A stretch of 64,000 nt of DNA, from positions 256,001-320,000 of the forward strand of contig CAXXET010000006.1 of the NCBI GenBank assembly GCA_963666115.2. The letters run 5' to 3'. A program made the translations under genes and the position numbers. Within the stretch, counting starts at the first letter, position 1; the number at the start of each line of letters is the position of its first letter. The notes beneath the pieces were generated by a model. The model searched no databases and was not told where the DNA came from. It was given only the letters and a program-made list of their open reading frames with translations. The stretch is from Dehalococcoidia bacterium (GTDB taxonomy: Bacteria > Chloroflexota > Dehalococcoidia > UBA6926). Positions 1-9,829 of this stretch are shown in pieces.

Positions 1-346
1 GCGCGCCCAGCTTTTCCAGGTTCTCCACCATGCGCGCGGCGCGCCCAAAGCGGTCGTCGCGGAATGAGGCGAGCGTGGCCTGCAGATCCGCGTTCTCAAC
101 ATCGATGAAGTAGCCGAGGACGTGCGCCTCGCCCTCCGGCACGTCTGCTGAGATTTCGATTCCGGGGATGAGGGTCAGTTCGGGGTATTGTTTCGCCGCC
201 TCAATCGCCTCTGCCTGTCCGTCCGTTGAATCGTGGTCGGTTATCGAGAAGTACTTGATGCCTGCCGCCGCGGCCTCGTGGACGAGCTCCGTGGGCGTGA
301 GGATACCGTCCGAGACCGTGGAGTGTGTGTGAAGGTCTGAGCTCAT
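1..346 (-). CDS. PHP-domain phosphoesterase (runs off the window edge)
   Basis: Manual translation from ATG at 346: MSSDLHTHSTVSDG...ITDHDS, with the PHP HxH and TDHD motifs. The start overlaps the ymdB stop. Confidence 0.85.
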   Translation of the reverse strand, partial: MSSDLHTHSTVSDGILTPTELVHEAAAAGIKYFSITDHDSTDGQAEAIEAAKQYPELTLIPGIEISADVPEGEAHVLGYFIDVENADLQATLASFRDDRFGRAARMVENLEKLGA

Positions 347-1116
347 TACTCGTCCGCGCGATCCACGCGCTCTATGGAGACGGCAAGGCCGGTCGAATCG
401 TCGGTTTCGATGAGGACGGAGTTGAAGCGGCCGGGGCCGGCGCCGACGTCAAGGCGCACAGGGACGCCGGTCAGGAATCGCTCCAGCACGGGTGACGGAT
501 CACTCCCGATGATGGAGTTGATGGCCCCGCACATGCCAAGGTCACTGACGAATGCCGTTCCCCTGGGCAGGACACGGGCGTCCGCAGTGGGGACATGGGT
601 ATGCGTGCCGACGACGGCGCTCACCCGGCCGTCAACGTGCCAGGCGAGCGCGCCCTTTTCGGACGTGGCCTCAGCGTGGAAGTCAACGACGATGGCGCGC
701 GGCTGCTCGGTAAGGTTCGCAAGCAAGTCGTCCATTGCCGCGAAGGGGTCATCAATCTGGACGGGCATGAAGGTGCGGCCCTGGAGGCTGACGACGAGCG
801 CGCCCCTGGCCATGACCGCGCCGCGCCCGGGGGCGGCCTGCGGATAGTTGACGGGGCGGAGGATGGGCGTTTCGCCGTCCAGGTGGGGCATGATGTCCTT
901 GTTGTCCCAGATGTGGTTGCCGGACGTGATGACATCCACACCGGCGTCGAGCATCTCTTTTGCCACTTTGGGCGTGATGCCGAAACCAGCGGCGGAGTTC
1001 TCGCCGTTGGCGACGACAAGATCGATGGCGTGCTCATCGCGCAGGGCGGGCAGGTATTTCCTGACGGCCTGCCTGCCGGGCCGCCCAACGAGGTCGCCGA
1101 TCATCATGATGCGCAT
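346..1116 (-). CDS. ymdB: YmdB/TIGR00282 family metallophosphoesterase
   Basis: GDLVGRPG, NGEN, TSGNH, DFHAEATSEK and GTHTH motifs; typical position after rny. Confidence 0.93.
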   Translation of the reverse strand: MRIMMIGDLVGRPGRQAVRKYLPALRDEHAIDLVVANGENSAAGFGITPKVAKEMLDAGVDVITSGNHIWDNKDIMPHLDGETPILRPVNYPQAAPGRGAVMARGALVVSLQGRTFMPVQIDDPFAAMDDLLANLTEQPRAIVVDFHAEATSEKGALAWHVDGRVSAVVGTHTHVPTADARVLPRGTAFVSDLGMCGAINSIIGSDPSPVLERFLTGVPVRLDVGAGPGRFNSVLIETDDSTGLAVSIERVDRADE

Positions 1117-1137
1117 GGTGTGAGAATGGGCCTCCGG

Positions 1138-2673
1138 CTAGCGCGCGTATTCCACGGCGCGGGTTTCGCGGATGACCATGACCTTGATCTGGCCGGGGTA
1201 CTCCATGGAGTCCTGGATCTTCTTGGTCATGTCGCGCGCCATGCGCATGGCGGCGGTATCGTCCACGTTGTCCGGCTGAACCATGACGCGCACTTCGCGG
1301 CCCGCCTGGATGGCGTAGGCCCTATCGACGCCGTCGAAGCCAAGCGCGATCTGTTCCAGGGTTTCGAGGCGCTTGATGTATTGCTGGGCGCTCTCACGAC
1401 GCGCGCCGGGGCGCGCGCCGCTGATGGCATCGGCGGCGGCGACGAGAAAGGCCTCGACGCTCTTCCACCCCTCTTCGCCGTGATGGTCGCCGACGGCGCG
1501 GACGACGCGCTGGTTGATCTTGTAGCGTTCCAACAGGTCCGCGCCGACGATGGCGTGAGGGCCCTCGACCTCATGGGAGAGGGCTTTGCCGATGTCATGG
1601 AGGAAACCGGCGCGGCGACAGATATCGACGTTGGCGCGCAGTTCAGATGCGAGCGATGCGGCAAGGTGGGCGGTTTCGATGCTGTGCTGGAGAACGTTCT
1701 GGCCGTAGCTGTAGCGGAACTTGAGGCGTCCCAACGTCTTGACGATGTCGGGATGGAGACCCTGGACGCGGGCATCGTAACAGGCCTCTTCGCCGGCTTT
1801 CTTGATGATGTCGTCCATCTCCTCCTGCGCCTTGACGACGAGTTCTTCAATGCGGGCGGGCTGGATGCGGCCGTCCTGCACGAGGCGGGAGACTGCCATC
1901 CGCGCCACCTCTCGCCGCACGGGGTCGAACGCGGAGAGCGTCACCACTTCCGGCGTGTCATCCACTATCAGGTTCACGCCGGTCGCGTTTTCAAGGGCGC
2001 GGATGTTGCGACCCTCGCGACCAATCAGGCGGCCCTTCATCTCATCGTTTGGGAGCGAGACGACGCTCGTTGTGAGTTCGGAGACGACTTCGTTGGCGTA
2101 GCGCTGCATGGACTGTGCCATGATCTTGAAGGCGCGCTCCGTGGACTCTTCGCGCACGGACTCTTCCATGTCGCGCACGCGGCGTGACGCCTCGATCTCG
2201 ATTTCGCTTTCGAGCTGGGTGAGGAGCAGTTCGCGCCCCTCGTCCATGGTGAGTTGAGAGACGCGCTCAAGCTCGCGGAGGTGCTCGGCGTGCAACTCAT
2301 CCACTTGCGCGCGGACGGTGTTGATCTTCGCCTCCTTGTCGTTCATCTCGCGGTCGCGCTTGTCGAAGTTTTCAAGGCGGCGGTCGACTTGCTCCTCCTT
2401 GCGCTGGAGGCGGCGCTCGATGCGCTGGACTTCGGAGCGCTGCTCACGGACCTCGCGCTCGGATTCGTCACGGACGCGGATGGCCTCCTGCTGGGCACGG
2501 AGGATGATCTCCTTGCTCTCGGTCTCACCCTCTTCCAGGCGGCGCTGGACCTCAAGGGATGCGCCGCGGAGGTTACCCGCCGAGATGACCCGCTGCAGCA
2601 CGAGGCCGGCGGCTGTGCCGGCCCCGCCGAGCAGGAGTATGAGAAAGACGAACAGGATAGGGTTGATGGTCAT
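1138..2673 (-). CDS. rny: Ribonuclease Y
   Basis: N-terminal TM helix, coiled coil, KH domain (MKGRLIGREGRNIR) and HD domain (LHDIGK). Start at 2673 chosen for its upstream GGGGAG. Confidence 0.96.
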   Translation of the reverse strand: MTINPILFVFLILLLGGAGTAAGLVLQRVISAGNLRGASLEVQRRLEEGETESKEIILRAQQEAIRVRDESEREVREQRSEVQRIERRLQRKEEQVDRRLENFDKRDREMNDKEAKINTVRAQVDELHAEHLRELERVSQLTMDEGRELLLTQLESEIEIEASRRVRDMEESVREESTERAFKIMAQSMQRYANEVVSELTTSVVSLPNDEMKGRLIGREGRNIRALENATGVNLIVDDTPEVVTLSAFDPVRREVARMAVSRLVQDGRIQPARIEELVVKAQEEMDDIIKKAGEEACYDARVQGLHPDIVKTLGRLKFRYSYGQNVLQHSIETAHLAASLASELRANVDICRRAGFLHDIGKALSHEVEGPHAIVGADLLERYKINQRVVRAVGDHHGEEGWKSVEAFLVAAADAISGARPGARRESAQQYIKRLETLEQIALGFDGVDRAYAIQAGREVRVMVQPDNVDDTAAMRMARDMTKKIQDSMEYPGQIKVMVIRETRAVEYAR

Positions 2674-2736
2674 AGTGGTTCTCCCCGGGTTCATGGCGGC
2701 ATGATGTCCGCCCGTTGTGGCGTTGTGGAACGAGAC

Positions 2737-2771
2737 AAAGAAAAAGGGGCGCGGTTAGCCCGCAGCCCCTT
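2737..2771 (-). terminator. Intrinsic terminator after recA
   Basis: Minus strand AAGGGGCTGCGG-GCTAA-CCGCGCCCCTTTTTCTTT: a hairpin followed by a U tract. Confidence 0.7.
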
Positions 2772-2802
2772 GTTGAGTCCTGGTTTAGGTTCGGATAGAG
2801 AG

Positions 2803-3894
2803 TCAGGTGACCTCCTCCGTGTCGTCGTCGACGGGCGCGGGCACATAGCCGTTGGCCTTGCTGTTATCGGAGGCGCTGCCGCCGCGAATGTCCTGTTCGA
2901 GGGCGTTGGCGAGGTCCGCGTTGGAATGGAGGAAGGATTTGGCGTTTTCGCGGCCCTGTCCGAGGCGGACGTCTCCGTACGAGTAAAAGGCTCCCGTCTT
3001 CTTGAGGAAACCGGCTTGCGTGCCGAGATCGATGAGATCGGCCTCGCGGCTGATGCCATGTCCAAACATGATGTCAAACTCGGCGACGCGGAAAGGCGGG
3101 GCCATCTTGTTTTTGACCACGCGGGCGCGCAGGTGCAGTCCCACGCTCTCCGTCCCCTGCTTGATGGTTTCCATGCGTCTCAAATCAATCCGAATCGACG
3201 AATAGAATTTCAACGCGCGTCCGCCGGGGGTGACCTCGGGGCTGCCGAAGAGGACACCGACCTTCTCACGAACCTGGTTGATAAAGATTACCGCCGTCTT
3301 CGAACGATGGGTGGTTCCAGTCAGTTTTCTGAGGGCCTGGGACATGAGGCGGGCCTGCAATCCCACATGCATGTCTCCCATGTTCCCGTCAATCTCGGCC
3401 TTGGGCACCAGCGCGGCCACGCTGTCGATGACGATGGCATCCACTGCGGCGCTCCGCACCAACGCCTCGGTAATGTCCAGCGCCTGCTCCGCGTTGTCCG
3501 GCTGGGAGATCAGCAAGTCGTCCACGTTGATGCCGCAGGCGGCGGCGTACGTGGGGTCCATTGCATGCTCGGCGTCGATGTACGCCACCGTGCCGCCCTG
3601 TTTCTGGGCACTGGCGATGACGTGCTGGGCGAGCGTGGACTTGCCGGACGATTCCGCGCCGTAGATTTCCGTGATGCGCCCGCGCGGGATGCCGCCGATG
3701 CCAAGCGCGAGGTCAAGCGACAGGGAACCCGTGGGGATGACCTCCACGTCAAAGAGTCCGGCGGAATCGCCGAACCGCATGAGGGAGCCCTTGCCGAAGC
3801 TGCGCTCAATCAGCGTCAGCGCCTGCTCGAGCGCCTTTTCCTTCTCCGTCACCATCGTGTCCGCGCTTTCTTTGGCTTTGGTTGCCGTTGCCAT
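2803..3894 (-). CDS. recA: Recombinase RecA
   Basis: GAESSGKST Walker [20 protein letters not shown] and GGRALKFY motifs. Confidence 0.98.
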   Translation of the reverse strand: MATATKAKESADTMVTEKEKALEQALTLIERSFGKGSLMRFGDSAGLFDVEVIPTGSLSLDLALGIGGIPRGRITEIYGAESSGKSTLAQHVIASAQKQGGTVAYIDAEHAMDPTYAAACGINVDDLLISQPDNAEQALDITEALVRSAAVDAIVIDSVAALVPKAEIDGNMGDMHVGLQARLMSQALRKLTGTTHRSKTAVIFINQVREKVGVLFGSPEVTPGGRALKFYSSIRIDLRRMETIKQGTESVGLHLRARVVKNKMAPPFRVAEFDIMFGHGISREADLIDLGTQAGFLKKTGAFYSYGDVRLGQGRENAKSFLHSNADLANALEQDIRGGSASDNSKANGYVPAPVDDDTEEVT

Positions 3895-3939
3895 GATACC
3901 ATTCCTCCCCGTTGCTTCTCAATGCGGCCGAGACCAAGC

Positions 3940-3966
3940 GAACGCATGTACAACGAACGCTTGTTC
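3940..3966. promoter_or_regulatory. Two tandem LexA (SOS) boxes upstream of recA
   Basis: GAAC-gcat-GTAC (3940-3951) and GAAC-gctt-GTTC (3955-3966) match the Gram-positive/Chloroflexi GAAC-N4-GTTC box, next to a TACGAT -10-like hexamer. Confidence 0.8.
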
Positions 3967-4054
3967 AGTATCGTACCACATCTCCGGCGGAATGCTACCC
4001 TTGTTGTGAGGCAATTCGCCAACTTTAGTTCATAGGGCCAAGGAGGACTCTTTC

Positions 4055-4951
4055 ATGGCAGATTACGAGAACGTGTTGTATGAGCGGCAGGGCAAGGGCG
4101 TGGTCATCACGCTGAACCGCCCCGCGCAGATGAACGCATTCAACCAGGGGCTGCGCTCGGACGTGCACGCGGCGTTCGATGAGGCGGAACAGGATCCGGA
4201 CGTGCGCTACATCATCCTGACGGGCGCGGGGCGGGCGTTCAGCGCGGGCGCGGACCTTTCGCTCGGCGCGGGCGGCGGCAATTCCGAGACCGTGTGGCCG
4301 TACGGCCTGCAGGAGGGGCAGTCGGTCGCGTCGTTCCTCGATCAGTGGCGGACACAGGATCGGACGGGCATCCGCCGCCTGATACACATGTGGGAACTGA
4401 CGACGCCGATCATCGGCGCGATCAACGGCTGGGCGCTGGCGTGGGGGTCGTGGTACGCGCTGACGACGCACATCACGATTGCGTCGGAGAACGCGGTGTT
4501 CGGGCAGCCTGAGATTCGCCATATTTCCAACACGAACTTCATCTGGACGCTGCTGGCGGGCTACAAGCACGCGCTGCGCTATGGGTTGACGGGCGACCAC
4601 ATCGACGCGCAGGAGGCGCTGCGTATCGGCCTGGTCAACAAGGTGGTGCCGCACGAGGACCTGATGGAGGAGTGCTCGTATATCGGCGAGCGCATCGCGC
4701 TGGTCAGCCCGGAGACGGTGAAGATCAACCTGGCTGTCGCGACGCAGGGACTGAACATGATGGGGTTCCATAATGCGTGGAACCTGAACGCGGAACTGTC
4801 CGCGCTGGCGCACACGTCGCAGCGGGAGGATTTCAAGCGCCGCATGGAGGACGCGGGCAAGGAGGGCGGGCTGCGGGCGTACCTGCAAGAGCGGGACGGG
4901 CCGTTCCAGCCGGAGCCTTTTGGGCCGCGGTCTGCGGGGGCGCGGGACTAG
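4055..4951 (+). CDS. Enoyl-CoA hydratase/isomerase (crotonase) family protein, paralogue 1
   Basis: ITLNRP, LTGAGRAFSAGAD, FGQPE and LTGDHIDAQEALRIGLVN motifs. Confidence 0.9.
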   Translation: MADYENVLYERQGKGVVITLNRPAQMNAFNQGLRSDVHAAFDEAEQDPDVRYIILTGAGRAFSAGADLSLGAGGGNSETVWPYGLQEGQSVASFLDQWRTQDRTGIRRLIHMWELTTPIIGAINGWALAWGSWYALTTHITIASENAVFGQPEIRHISNTNFIWTLLAGYKHALRYGLTGDHIDAQEALRIGLVNKVVPHEDLMEECSYIGERIALVSPETVKINLAVATQGLNMMGFHNAWNLNAELSALAHTSQREDFKRRMEDAGKEGGLRAYLQERDGPFQPEPFGPRSAGARD

Positions 4952-4982
4952 ACGGGTAAACTTGGCGAGCAGGTTTGAAAGG

Positions 4983-5009
4983 TGGGGGCGGCTTGCGGGC
5001 CGCCCCTAC
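4983..5009 (-). repeat. GTAG-type REP-like hairpin between convergent genes
   Basis: Minus strand GTAGGGGCGGCCCGCAAGCCGCCCCCA: a GTAG tetranucleotide at the base of a GC stem. Confidence 0.55.
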
Positions 5010-5012
5010 GCG

Positions 5013-5288
5013 TTACTTGCCGTCGATGAGGCCCTGTTCGGCCTCCCAGACTACATCGATAGGCGACACAATATCGCCAAGAATCTTAATTCGATCCCGG
5101 TCACGTCCGAAAGGCGGCGGGAATCGTTTCTCGTGTGGCGTGAGCCTGGCGACGGGTTTGCCGTTTTTTGTGATGATGATTTCCTCGCCGGATTCCGCGA
5201 CCTCGTCCATGAGCTTGAGGCACGTTGCCTTGAACTCGGATGCCTTGATGGTGCGGGGCGTTCCGGGAGTTGGTTCAGAAGTCGTCAT
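5013..5288 (-). CDS. Phd/YefM family antitoxin (orphan)
   Basis: TIKASEFKATCLKLMDEVAESGEEIIITKNGKPVARL is a typical Phd N-terminus; ATG at 5288 has an upstream GGAG. Confidence 0.85.
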   Translation of the reverse strand: MTTSEPTPGTPRTIKASEFKATCLKLMDEVAESGEEIIITKNGKPVARLTPHEKRFPPPFGRDRDRIKILGDIVSPIDVVWEAEQGLIDGK

Positions 5289-5325
5289 GCCGCATTCTCC
5301 CTTGCAGCGATTTCCTGTCGTGTCG

Positions 5326-5349
5326 TGACCATAGTCATGACTATGGTCA
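5326..5349. promoter_or_regulatory. Perfect 24-bp palindrome, probable Phd autorepression operator
   Basis: TGACCATAGTCATGACTATGGTCA lies immediately downstream of a minus-strand TATACT -10 (5351-5356). Confidence 0.7.
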
Positions 5350-5496
5350 TAGTATACGCGGGTCCTCCTGACCGCGTGGCGCTCTTTTCTGATTACGATG
5401 GCCGCTCCGGAGGGGTGGCGGGCTAGTATAGTGAAAAGTAAGGAGATTTTGCAAAACGTAAGGAACTTGCCGCGGCACGGAGTCAAGGAGGCTGAC

Positions 5497-5748
5497 GTGG
5501 AGGAATCAAAGATAACGTCCAAGGGGCAGACGACCATCCCGAAGAAGGTGCGGGAGGCGATGTCCATCAAGCCCGGCGACCGGCTGCGGTACGTGGTTGA
5601 TGACAATGTGCTGCTCGTCTTTCCCGTCCGCCCGATCAGCGAGCTTCACCGCTCTATGCCCTACGATGGTCCCACGGTGACCCTGGAGGAGATGGAGCAA
5701 GCTATCGAGGATGGGGCATTGGGCAGGCCAGTGCGGCCGAGGTCTTAG
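5497..5748 (+). CDS. AbrB/MazE/SpoVT family antitoxin
   Basis: SKITSKGQTTIPKKVREAMSIKPGDRL; GTG start after AAGGAGG; GTAAGGA direct repeats upstream at 5438 and 5458. Confidence 0.88.
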   Translation: MEESKITSKGQTTIPKKVREAMSIKPGDRLRYVVDDNVLLVFPVRPISELHRSMPYDGPTVTLEEMEQAIEDGALGRPVRPRS

Positions 5749-5752
5749 GGGA

Positions 5753-6154
5753 ATGGTCGGTATCGACACCAACGTCCTGCTTCGCTATATCGTTGGGGAT
5801 GACGCTGGACAAGAGGCGGCGGCGACATTGCTGCTGGCGGGACTCACTCCGGAAAACCAGGGTTTCATTTGTCGGGAGGTGGTTCTCGAAACTGTGTGGG
5901 TGCTCGAACGCTCCTACCGGTTTTCACGCGCGCGCATAGCGACGGAACTGTCCACGTTCATCAATAGCGATCATCTCGTGCTGGAAACCGCTGAGGAGGT
6001 GGCGCGGGCAGCTATGCTTTACCGTGATGGCAACGACGATTTTTCGGACCTGTTGATCATGGAGGCGGCGCGGAGGATGGACGCGCTGCCGCTGTATACG
6101 TTTGACCGCAGGCTTGCTCGTATGGATGGGGCGGCGCTGGTGGGCGGAGGGTAG
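5753..6154 (+). CDS. vapC: VapC family PIN-domain toxin
   Basis: GIDTNVLLR, ETVWVL, DFSDLLI and LYTFD motifs; begins 4 nt after the antitoxin stop. Confidence 0.9.
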   Translation: MVGIDTNVLLRYIVGDDAGQEAAATLLLAGLTPENQGFICREVVLETVWVLERSYRFSRARIATELSTFINSDHLVLETAEEVARAAMLYRDGNDDFSDLLIMEAARRMDALPLYTFDRRLARMDGAALVGGG

Positions 6155-6163
6155 GGTGACGGT

Positions 6164-7033
6164 ATGGTTCGCGTTGTTAGCTGGAATATCGCCAGGCGAC
6201 ATGATCCGTGGCGGGAGCTTGTCGGAATGGATGCTGACATTGCGCTTGTGCAGGAGGGTGGTCAGCCGCCGGGGGATGTCCTGGACAGCGTCGATATAGG
6301 CCCAAAGGAATCGTACGATTCCCACCACTGGAACTCTGATTGGTGGAAGGGGCGCTGGCCGTATCTTGCTGAGCGTTGGCCCATGGTCGTCAAGCTGTCT
6401 GACAGTGTGGATGTGGAGTGGTTTAGACAGATTGCTCCAATAAGCGAGACTGCGGATGATGAGATTGCTGTCAGCGGTATTGGGACGATAACGGCCGTCA
6501 GAGTTACCCCAAAGGACGGTTCGACTGAGCCGTTTATCGCGATTTCCATGTACGCAAGGTGGCTTGGTCCGCATCCGAGCGTGGGGTCATCGTGGATATA
6601 CGCGGACGCTTCGGCGCACCGCATCATCTCTGATCTGTCTGCCTTTATCGGCTATGAGGATGCCAGCCGGCACAGAATCATCGCTGCTGGTGACCTGAAC
6701 ACGGGGTATGGCTATATCAGTAATCAGTATTGGGCAGGGAGAGACCAGACGATATTCGACAGGATGTCGGCTATTGGACTTGAACTCATCGGGCCGCAAG
6801 CGCCGAATGGGAGACAGGCCGTACCGATCCCTGAAGGCTTGCCGCCTGATACGAAGAATGTGCCCACCTACTACACCATCGCTCAGCGATACCCCGAGAA
6901 CGCGCAGATTCAACTCGACTATGCTTTCGCCTCGCGTGGGTTCCATGAGTCCATCAATGTCCGCGCACTCAATGAGGTTGATGAGTGGGGGCCGAGCGAC
7001 CACTGCCGGATACTGATTGATATTGATGGGTAG
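6164..7033 (+). CDS. Endonuclease/exonuclease/phosphatase (EEP) family protein
   Basis: VVSWNI, ALVQE, AAGDLN, QLDYAF and PSDH catalytic motifs. Confidence 0.85.
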   Translation: MVRVVSWNIARRHDPWRELVGMDADIALVQEGGQPPGDVLDSVDIGPKESYDSHHWNSDWWKGRWPYLAERWPMVVKLSDSVDVEWFRQIAPISETADDEIAVSGIGTITAVRVTPKDGSTEPFIAISMYARWLGPHPSVGSSWIYADASAHRIISDLSAFIGYEDASRHRIIAAGDLNTGYGYISNQYWAGRDQTIFDRMSAIGLELIGPQAPNGRQAVPIPEGLPPDTKNVPTYYTIAQRYPENAQIQLDYAFASRGFHESINVRALNEVDEWGPSDHCRILIDIDG

Positions 7034-7066
7034 AGGCGCGAGAGACAGCGCCGACACGGAGGGACA

Positions 7067-8116
7067 ATGACGATTTCCGATAACGATAGCCTGCTGAGTT
7101 TCGTCGTGCTGCGGCACACGATGGGGCCGGAGGACGCGGCGACGGATGCCCTGTCTTTCATCCTGAAACGCTCGCCCTCCGCCATGCGGGCGTTATCTGA
7201 GTGCCTGGGCGATGACGACGGCCCACTGCCTGTTGCACGAGTGGGCACCCAAGCGTTTCTTGAGTCGTCCAGAGCCTACCCGGACATGGCACTGCATGAC
7301 TCCGAGGACAACTTGTCGGCATACGTCGAATCGAAGTTTTGGGCGCCACTGACCCACAACCAACCTGTCACCTATTGGGAAGCGCTGCCAACGGACAGGA
7401 GGTCCGTGCTGATGTTTCTGGCTCCCAAATACCGCGTCGATGAGCCGTCTCTGTGGGAGGAGTTGGTGAGTCGACTGCGCGAGAAGGGGCACAAACTGGG
7501 CCCGACGGATAGGAACGCAATGGGAATCTCGGCGAAATCGGCAATCGATCAGCGCCGCTTGATGCTCGCCAGCTGGACGGTATTGCTTGGCAAATTGGAG
7601 GGGAGTGCCAAGAAAGATGGGGATGCCCAGGCAGAATTCGAGGTCGTGCAACTGCAGGCACTGGCTGCGAATGTCGTAGGGGGCACCAGTGATCCTGAGA
7701 AAGAAGAATTCAAGCAGATACTTGCGGACGCCGTGGCCCGTCTCAGGGAATCCGGTTGGGCCGATACCAAGGGACTAACGGTAGGTCAGGGATACGGGTA
7801 CTACGGCAGGTATCTGCGTCTCGCGGGTGCCTATGCTTGGCTCGGTATTGTCGATGAGGCTGCAAAACAGATGCCTGATAAGCCGTTGTGGTTGTCTTTT
7901 GGACCGTGGGATCCCGATTACGTCGGCTTGGATTTGGTGCGCGACAGGCTAGAGGATGAGCTTGAATCAAGAACGGAGTGGCATGGTCTGCTGAATGTCT
8001 GTGTGCCGCTCTCCTTGCCGACGGACGCCGGCGCAAACGCGATGCGCCACGCTATCGTGACCGAGTTGGAGCGTATCGCCAGGCTCATTGACCCCGATGG
8101 GCCGACGTATAGGTGA
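7067..8116 (+). CDS. PD-(D/E)XK nuclease-like protein
   Basis: EDAATDAL...YPDMAL...YVESKFWAPLTHNQ fits the E...PD...ExK pattern; the C-terminal half is unrecognised. Confidence 0.7.
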   Translation: MTISDNDSLLSFVVLRHTMGPEDAATDALSFILKRSPSAMRALSECLGDDDGPLPVARVGTQAFLESSRAYPDMALHDSEDNLSAYVESKFWAPLTHNQPVTYWEALPTDRRSVLMFLAPKYRVDEPSLWEELVSRLREKGHKLGPTDRNAMGISAKSAIDQRRLMLASWTVLLGKLEGSAKKDGDAQAEFEVVQLQALAANVVGGTSDPEKEEFKQILADAVARLRESGWADTKGLTVGQGYGYYGRYLRLAGAYAWLGIVDEAAKQMPDKPLWLSFGPWDPDYVGLDLVRDRLEDELESRTEWHGLLNVCVPLSLPTDAGANAMRHAIVTELERIARLIDPDGPTYR

Positions 8117-8448
8117 ATGCACTCAATGGCGTTGAGGGATCTATGACCATTCCTAGTCCGGAGGATTTTTGGGCGGTGTTTGAGGGGGCGCCTTCGTTGG
8201 CGGGGGATGCTTCGTTGCTGGAGCACGTGGGGCGGCGGTTTCATTCCAAGTACCTAGAGACGATCATGCGGGCGCGTGACGATGCGGCGGCGGACCGCGC
8301 GTGGGAGGGGTTCTACTTTTGGATGGTTTTTCCCGAAACGAACCGCAAGCCGTTTGAGATTCCGCCAGAGGAGGCGAGCGCGCTGCTGGAGGCGCTCAAG
8401 CCGTTGGTGGCGCGGCTGCGGGAGGGGCTGCGGGCTAGCCAAGCTTGA
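8113..8448 (+). CDS. Hypothetical protein
   Basis: 111-aa ORF (alternative start 8143), coupled to the upstream stop and overlapping the ffh 3' end. Confidence 0.55.
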   Translation: MNALNGVEGSMTIPSPEDFWAVFEGAPSLAGDASLLEHVGRRFHSKYLETIMRARDDAAADRAWEGFYFWMVFPETNRKPFEIPPEEASALLEALKPLVARLREGLRASQA

Positions 8449-9766
8449 ATGGCAGGCCCCTGATTTTCTTGCCTGACGATAGCTGCTTCATCAGCTTTCG
8501 CATCTCCATGAACTGGTTGAGCATCCGGTTCACGTCCGCGGGCTGTGTGCCGCTGCCCCGCGCGATGCGTTTGCGGCGGCTGCCGCCGATGATCTCCGGC
8601 CTCTCGCGCTCCTCCGGCGTCATGGACAGCACGATGGCCTCCACGCGCTTGATCTGCTTTTCGTCGAACGCGTCCGCCGAAACCTTGCCCTTGAGTTGAG
8701 AGAAGCCCGGCACCATATCGACCAGTTGCGCCATGCCGCCCATGTTGCGCAACTGGTTCATCTGGTCCAGGAAGTCGTTGAGGTCGAAACTGGCCGTTCG
8801 GAGCTTGCGCTCTATCTCCTGCGCCTTGGCCTCGTCGATGGTCTGCTGCGCCTTTTCGACGAGGGTGACGACGTCGCCCATGCCAAGGATGCGTCCGGCG
8901 AGTCGATCCGGGTAGAACGGCTCCAGCGCGTCCATCCGCTCGCCAACGCCGATGAACATGACGGGGAGGCCGGTGACGGCGGTGATCGAGAGTGCCGCGC
9001 CGCCGCGCGCGTCGCCATCCATCTTGGTCAGCACGAGGCCGGTCAGCGGCACTTGCCTGTGGAACTCCTCGGCGGCGTTGACGGCGTCCTGGCCGGTCAT
9101 GGCATCGACAACAAGCAGCACCTCGGCGGGGTTGAGCGCCTTACGCACGTCCGCCAGTTCCTTCATCAGCTCGTCATCGACCTGCAACCGCCCGCCGGTA
9201 TCGAAGATGTGCCAATGGGCGTTGGCATCGCGGGCTGCGGCGAGGGACGATTTGGCAACAGCGACGGCGTTCGAGTTGCCCGGCTCGGCGTGGACGGGCA
9301 CGTTGATCTGGCTGCCAAGCGCGGTGAGTTGCTCAATAGCGGCGGGGCGGCGCACGTCGCCCGCTCCGAGCGAGACGGCCTGTCCCTGCTGCACGAGGTT
9401 GGACGCCAGCTTGGCGGCGGTCGTGGTCTTGCCGGAGCCTTGCAGTCCGACGAGGAGGATGGTGGCGGGGCGGGTGTCGCCGGCATCCAGCGCGCGGTTC
9501 TCCTTGCCGAGAACGTCCGTCAGTTCCTCCTGTACGATCTTGATGATCTGCTGGACGGGCGTGATAGATTCCAACACGTCCTTGCCGACGGCGCGGTCAC
9601 GGATGCTCTGCTGGAGTTCGCGTACCACGCGTAGGTTGACGTCGGCCTCAAGCAGGGCGCGACGGACTTCCCGCAGCGCCTCTTCGACGTCCGCCTCGGT
9701 GATGCGGCCGCGGCCGGACAGCTTGTTGAATACGCCGGTGAGTCGTTCGGTGAGTGCTTCAAACAT
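8435..9766 (-). CDS. ffh: Signal recognition particle protein Ffh
   Basis: GLQGSGKTT, DTGGR, TKMDGDARGG motifs and M domain with SRRKRIARGSG. Confidence 0.97.
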   Translation of the reverse strand: MFEALTERLTGVFNKLSGRGRITEADVEEALREVRRALLEADVNLRVVRELQQSIRDRAVGKDVLESITPVQQIIKIVQEELTDVLGKENRALDAGDTRPATILLVGLQGSGKTTTAAKLASNLVQQGQAVSLGAGDVRRPAAIEQLTALGSQINVPVHAEPGNSNAVAVAKSSLAAARDANAHWHIFDTGGRLQVDDELMKELADVRKALNPAEVLLVVDAMTGQDAVNAAEEFHRQVPLTGLVLTKMDGDARGGAALSITAVTGLPVMFIGVGERMDALEPFYPDRLAGRILGMGDVVTLVEKAQQTIDEAKAQEIERKLRTASFDLNDFLDQMNQLRNMGGMAQLVDMVPGFSQLKGKVSADAFDEKQIKRVEAIVLSMTPEERERPEIIGGSRRKRIARGSGTQPADVNRMLNQFMEMRKLMKQLSSGKKIRGLPFKLG

Positions 9767-9829
9767 GGCTCTTTAAGTGTAGCGGGTGGGGGGAATGATT
9801 GCCGGCGTCGTGTCGCCCAATGGCTCCGT

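Noticed and set aside
595-4035. Long plus-strand ORFs of 530 and 593 aa
   Set aside because: Antisense shadows of ymdB, rny and recA caused by high-GC codon bias; no motifs.
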